Shown here: positions 62,666-64,000 of the stretch, in pieces
Layout of the letters: each line of letters opens with the position of its first letter
How positions within the stretch are numbered: the stretch's first letter is position 1
Assembly (NCBI GenBank): GCA_028534125.1
Contig: CM052818.1
Location: 48,486,001-48,550,000, forward strand
Direction of reading: 5' to 3'
Source: Lama glama
Taxonomy: Eukaryota
Length of the DNA: 64,000 nucleotides
Notes under the pieces: model-generated
Seen by the model: the letters and a program-made list of their open reading frames with translations, nothing else
Database searches by the model: none
What the model was told of the DNA's origin: nothing
Translations under genes and position numbers: made by a program

Positions 62666-62749
62666 ACCCAGAAATTAGACCCAGAATTATTTTCATGGTT
62701 TCCGTGGGTGAAAGTTTAAACGTTTAAGCATCTATTTACACACATGCCT

Positions 62750-63300
62750 TCAGAATAAACACTTATTAATTACAAGGGAAAAATGGAACTTCACTGGGGA
62801 GCAACCGGGCAGACACCACCTTAACCAAGTGACCGCAGTTAATAGCACCAGGGGTGAGTCACGTGGACATCATGTACCCAGAGATGGCGACGTACTCAGG
62901 TCTCCGTCTGATTCTGAGGAAACATCAGGCCAGCCTAGACTGAGGCACACTCTGCAAAACTCCCGACCAGAACGTCCCCAGGGTGTTGATGAAGGTCGTG
63001 AAAGACGGGCAGAGACTGGGGGTGCTGCTGCAGAGCGGAGGAGGCTAAGGGGATACTACCGCTTAAGGTGACCGGGGTCCTGCGTGGAGTCCTGGGACAG
63101 AGGAGTGACATGAGTGAAAACCCTGGCGAAACACCAAGGCCACCGCAGCGGCCTGCGATCCTTAGCACGACCATCCTGCTGTGCAGATGCTCCATGCTAC
63201 CACCCGGGGAAGCTGGGGGGCAGGGCATTTGGGATCTCTCTGTACGCTTCTGCAACATTTCTCTACGTGTTTAATTATCTCAGTATAAAGAGTCAAAAAT
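62750..63300 (+). mobile_element. L1MC4/5-like 3'UTR, GC-shifted
   Basis: GAGGAAACATCAG...AAGGTCGTGAAAGAC...GGGGAAGCTGGG...CTCTCTGTAC...TGCAAC. Confidence 0.8.
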
Positions 63301-63444
63301 ACCCCAACAAACCTAATTTGTTAGCACTTGTCCCCTCCCCTTCGAGTTCTCAGAGGGCTAAGGACAGAGCAGCCCCAGGCTTTGCGGTGGGAGAGCAGGG
63401 TCCGCTCTTCCTGGCCCCTCCCGCACCCATTCATGTGGAACGAA

Positions 63445-63560
63445 GGCGGGAGGTGGGCGGGGCTCTCTCCAGTTACAAAATGGGGCCTCTGGTACTGGCT
63501 TCACAGGGTAAAGTGTGGATTACATGAGTGTTTTTGTGCAAGTGCCCCATGCAAGAGGCT
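63445..63560 (+). mobile_element. MIR remnant
   Basis: CCAGTTACAAAATGGGG...TCACAGGG...GTGGATTACATGAG. Confidence 0.55.
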
Positions 63561-64000
63561 CCCCAAAATGTCCATTTCAGTCCCGATCCATGTCCTCTTG
63601 TAGTAACATTCAAACGAGTAAATAGTGGGTCATACCTCACTGCTAAAACAAGGACGGGGGTGATTAGACAAGACAAGGCTTGGTCAGAACCCAGGGAAGT
63701 GGTGTCAGTCCAACTAAAGCAATAGAGATGAAGCAACTCCTGAGTGCCGCACACTGGACGGCTCCCCACGCCCTCCCCAGCCTGCTCAGGGCCTCCCGGG
63801 CTCTTCTCAGCAGCCCGTCCCGCCAGGGGTCCCCTTCCCGCAGGCTTCAGGGCTCAGCCAGCGTTAGGCACCGGCAGAAATTCAAAAGGTCCGGGAGAGA
63901 GGAATCGGGGCCTGGCTGCCCTGTCTGTCTGGATCCTACCTACCCTGACTGGGCAGCCCTCTCTCCACGGCACTCAGATGCTCCCAGCTGGGTTCCGAGA

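Noticed and set aside
1..64000. CRISPR array, operon, prokaryotic system or a named host gene
   Set aside because: No regularly spaced repeats or gene-dense coding sequence; the DNA is mammalian and repeat-rich, and no exon was recognisable enough to name the locus

Overview
Mammalian genomic DNA, most likely from a camelid (camel, alpaca or llama): it carries three copies of a tRNA-Ala-derived SINE of the vic-1 type plus cetartiodactyl-type L1 3' ends, and I saw no Alu or Bov-type SINEs. I can support no protein-coding exon, no functional RNA gene and no gene name. The window is intergenic or intronic and filled with old repeats (L1, L2, MIR, MaLR LTRs, an ERVL remnant, hAT and Tc1/mariner fossils), microsatellites and short CpG-rich peaks. 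Repeat family names come from remembered consensus sequences, and most boundaries are approximate (about +/-30 bp). The most interesting signal is that several CpG/GC peaks (about 26.0, 34.7, 41.6, 48.9, 50.2, 58.6 and 63.0 kb) are ancient repeats rewritten mostly by A/T->G/C changes. That is the pattern expected from GC-biased gene conversion at long-lived recombination hotspots. Other observations: a diverged local duplication of part of an enhancer-like block, four non-coding exon candidates, two long pure-pyrimidine tracts and a candidate MITE. No prokaryotic-type system (CRISPR, operon) is present.
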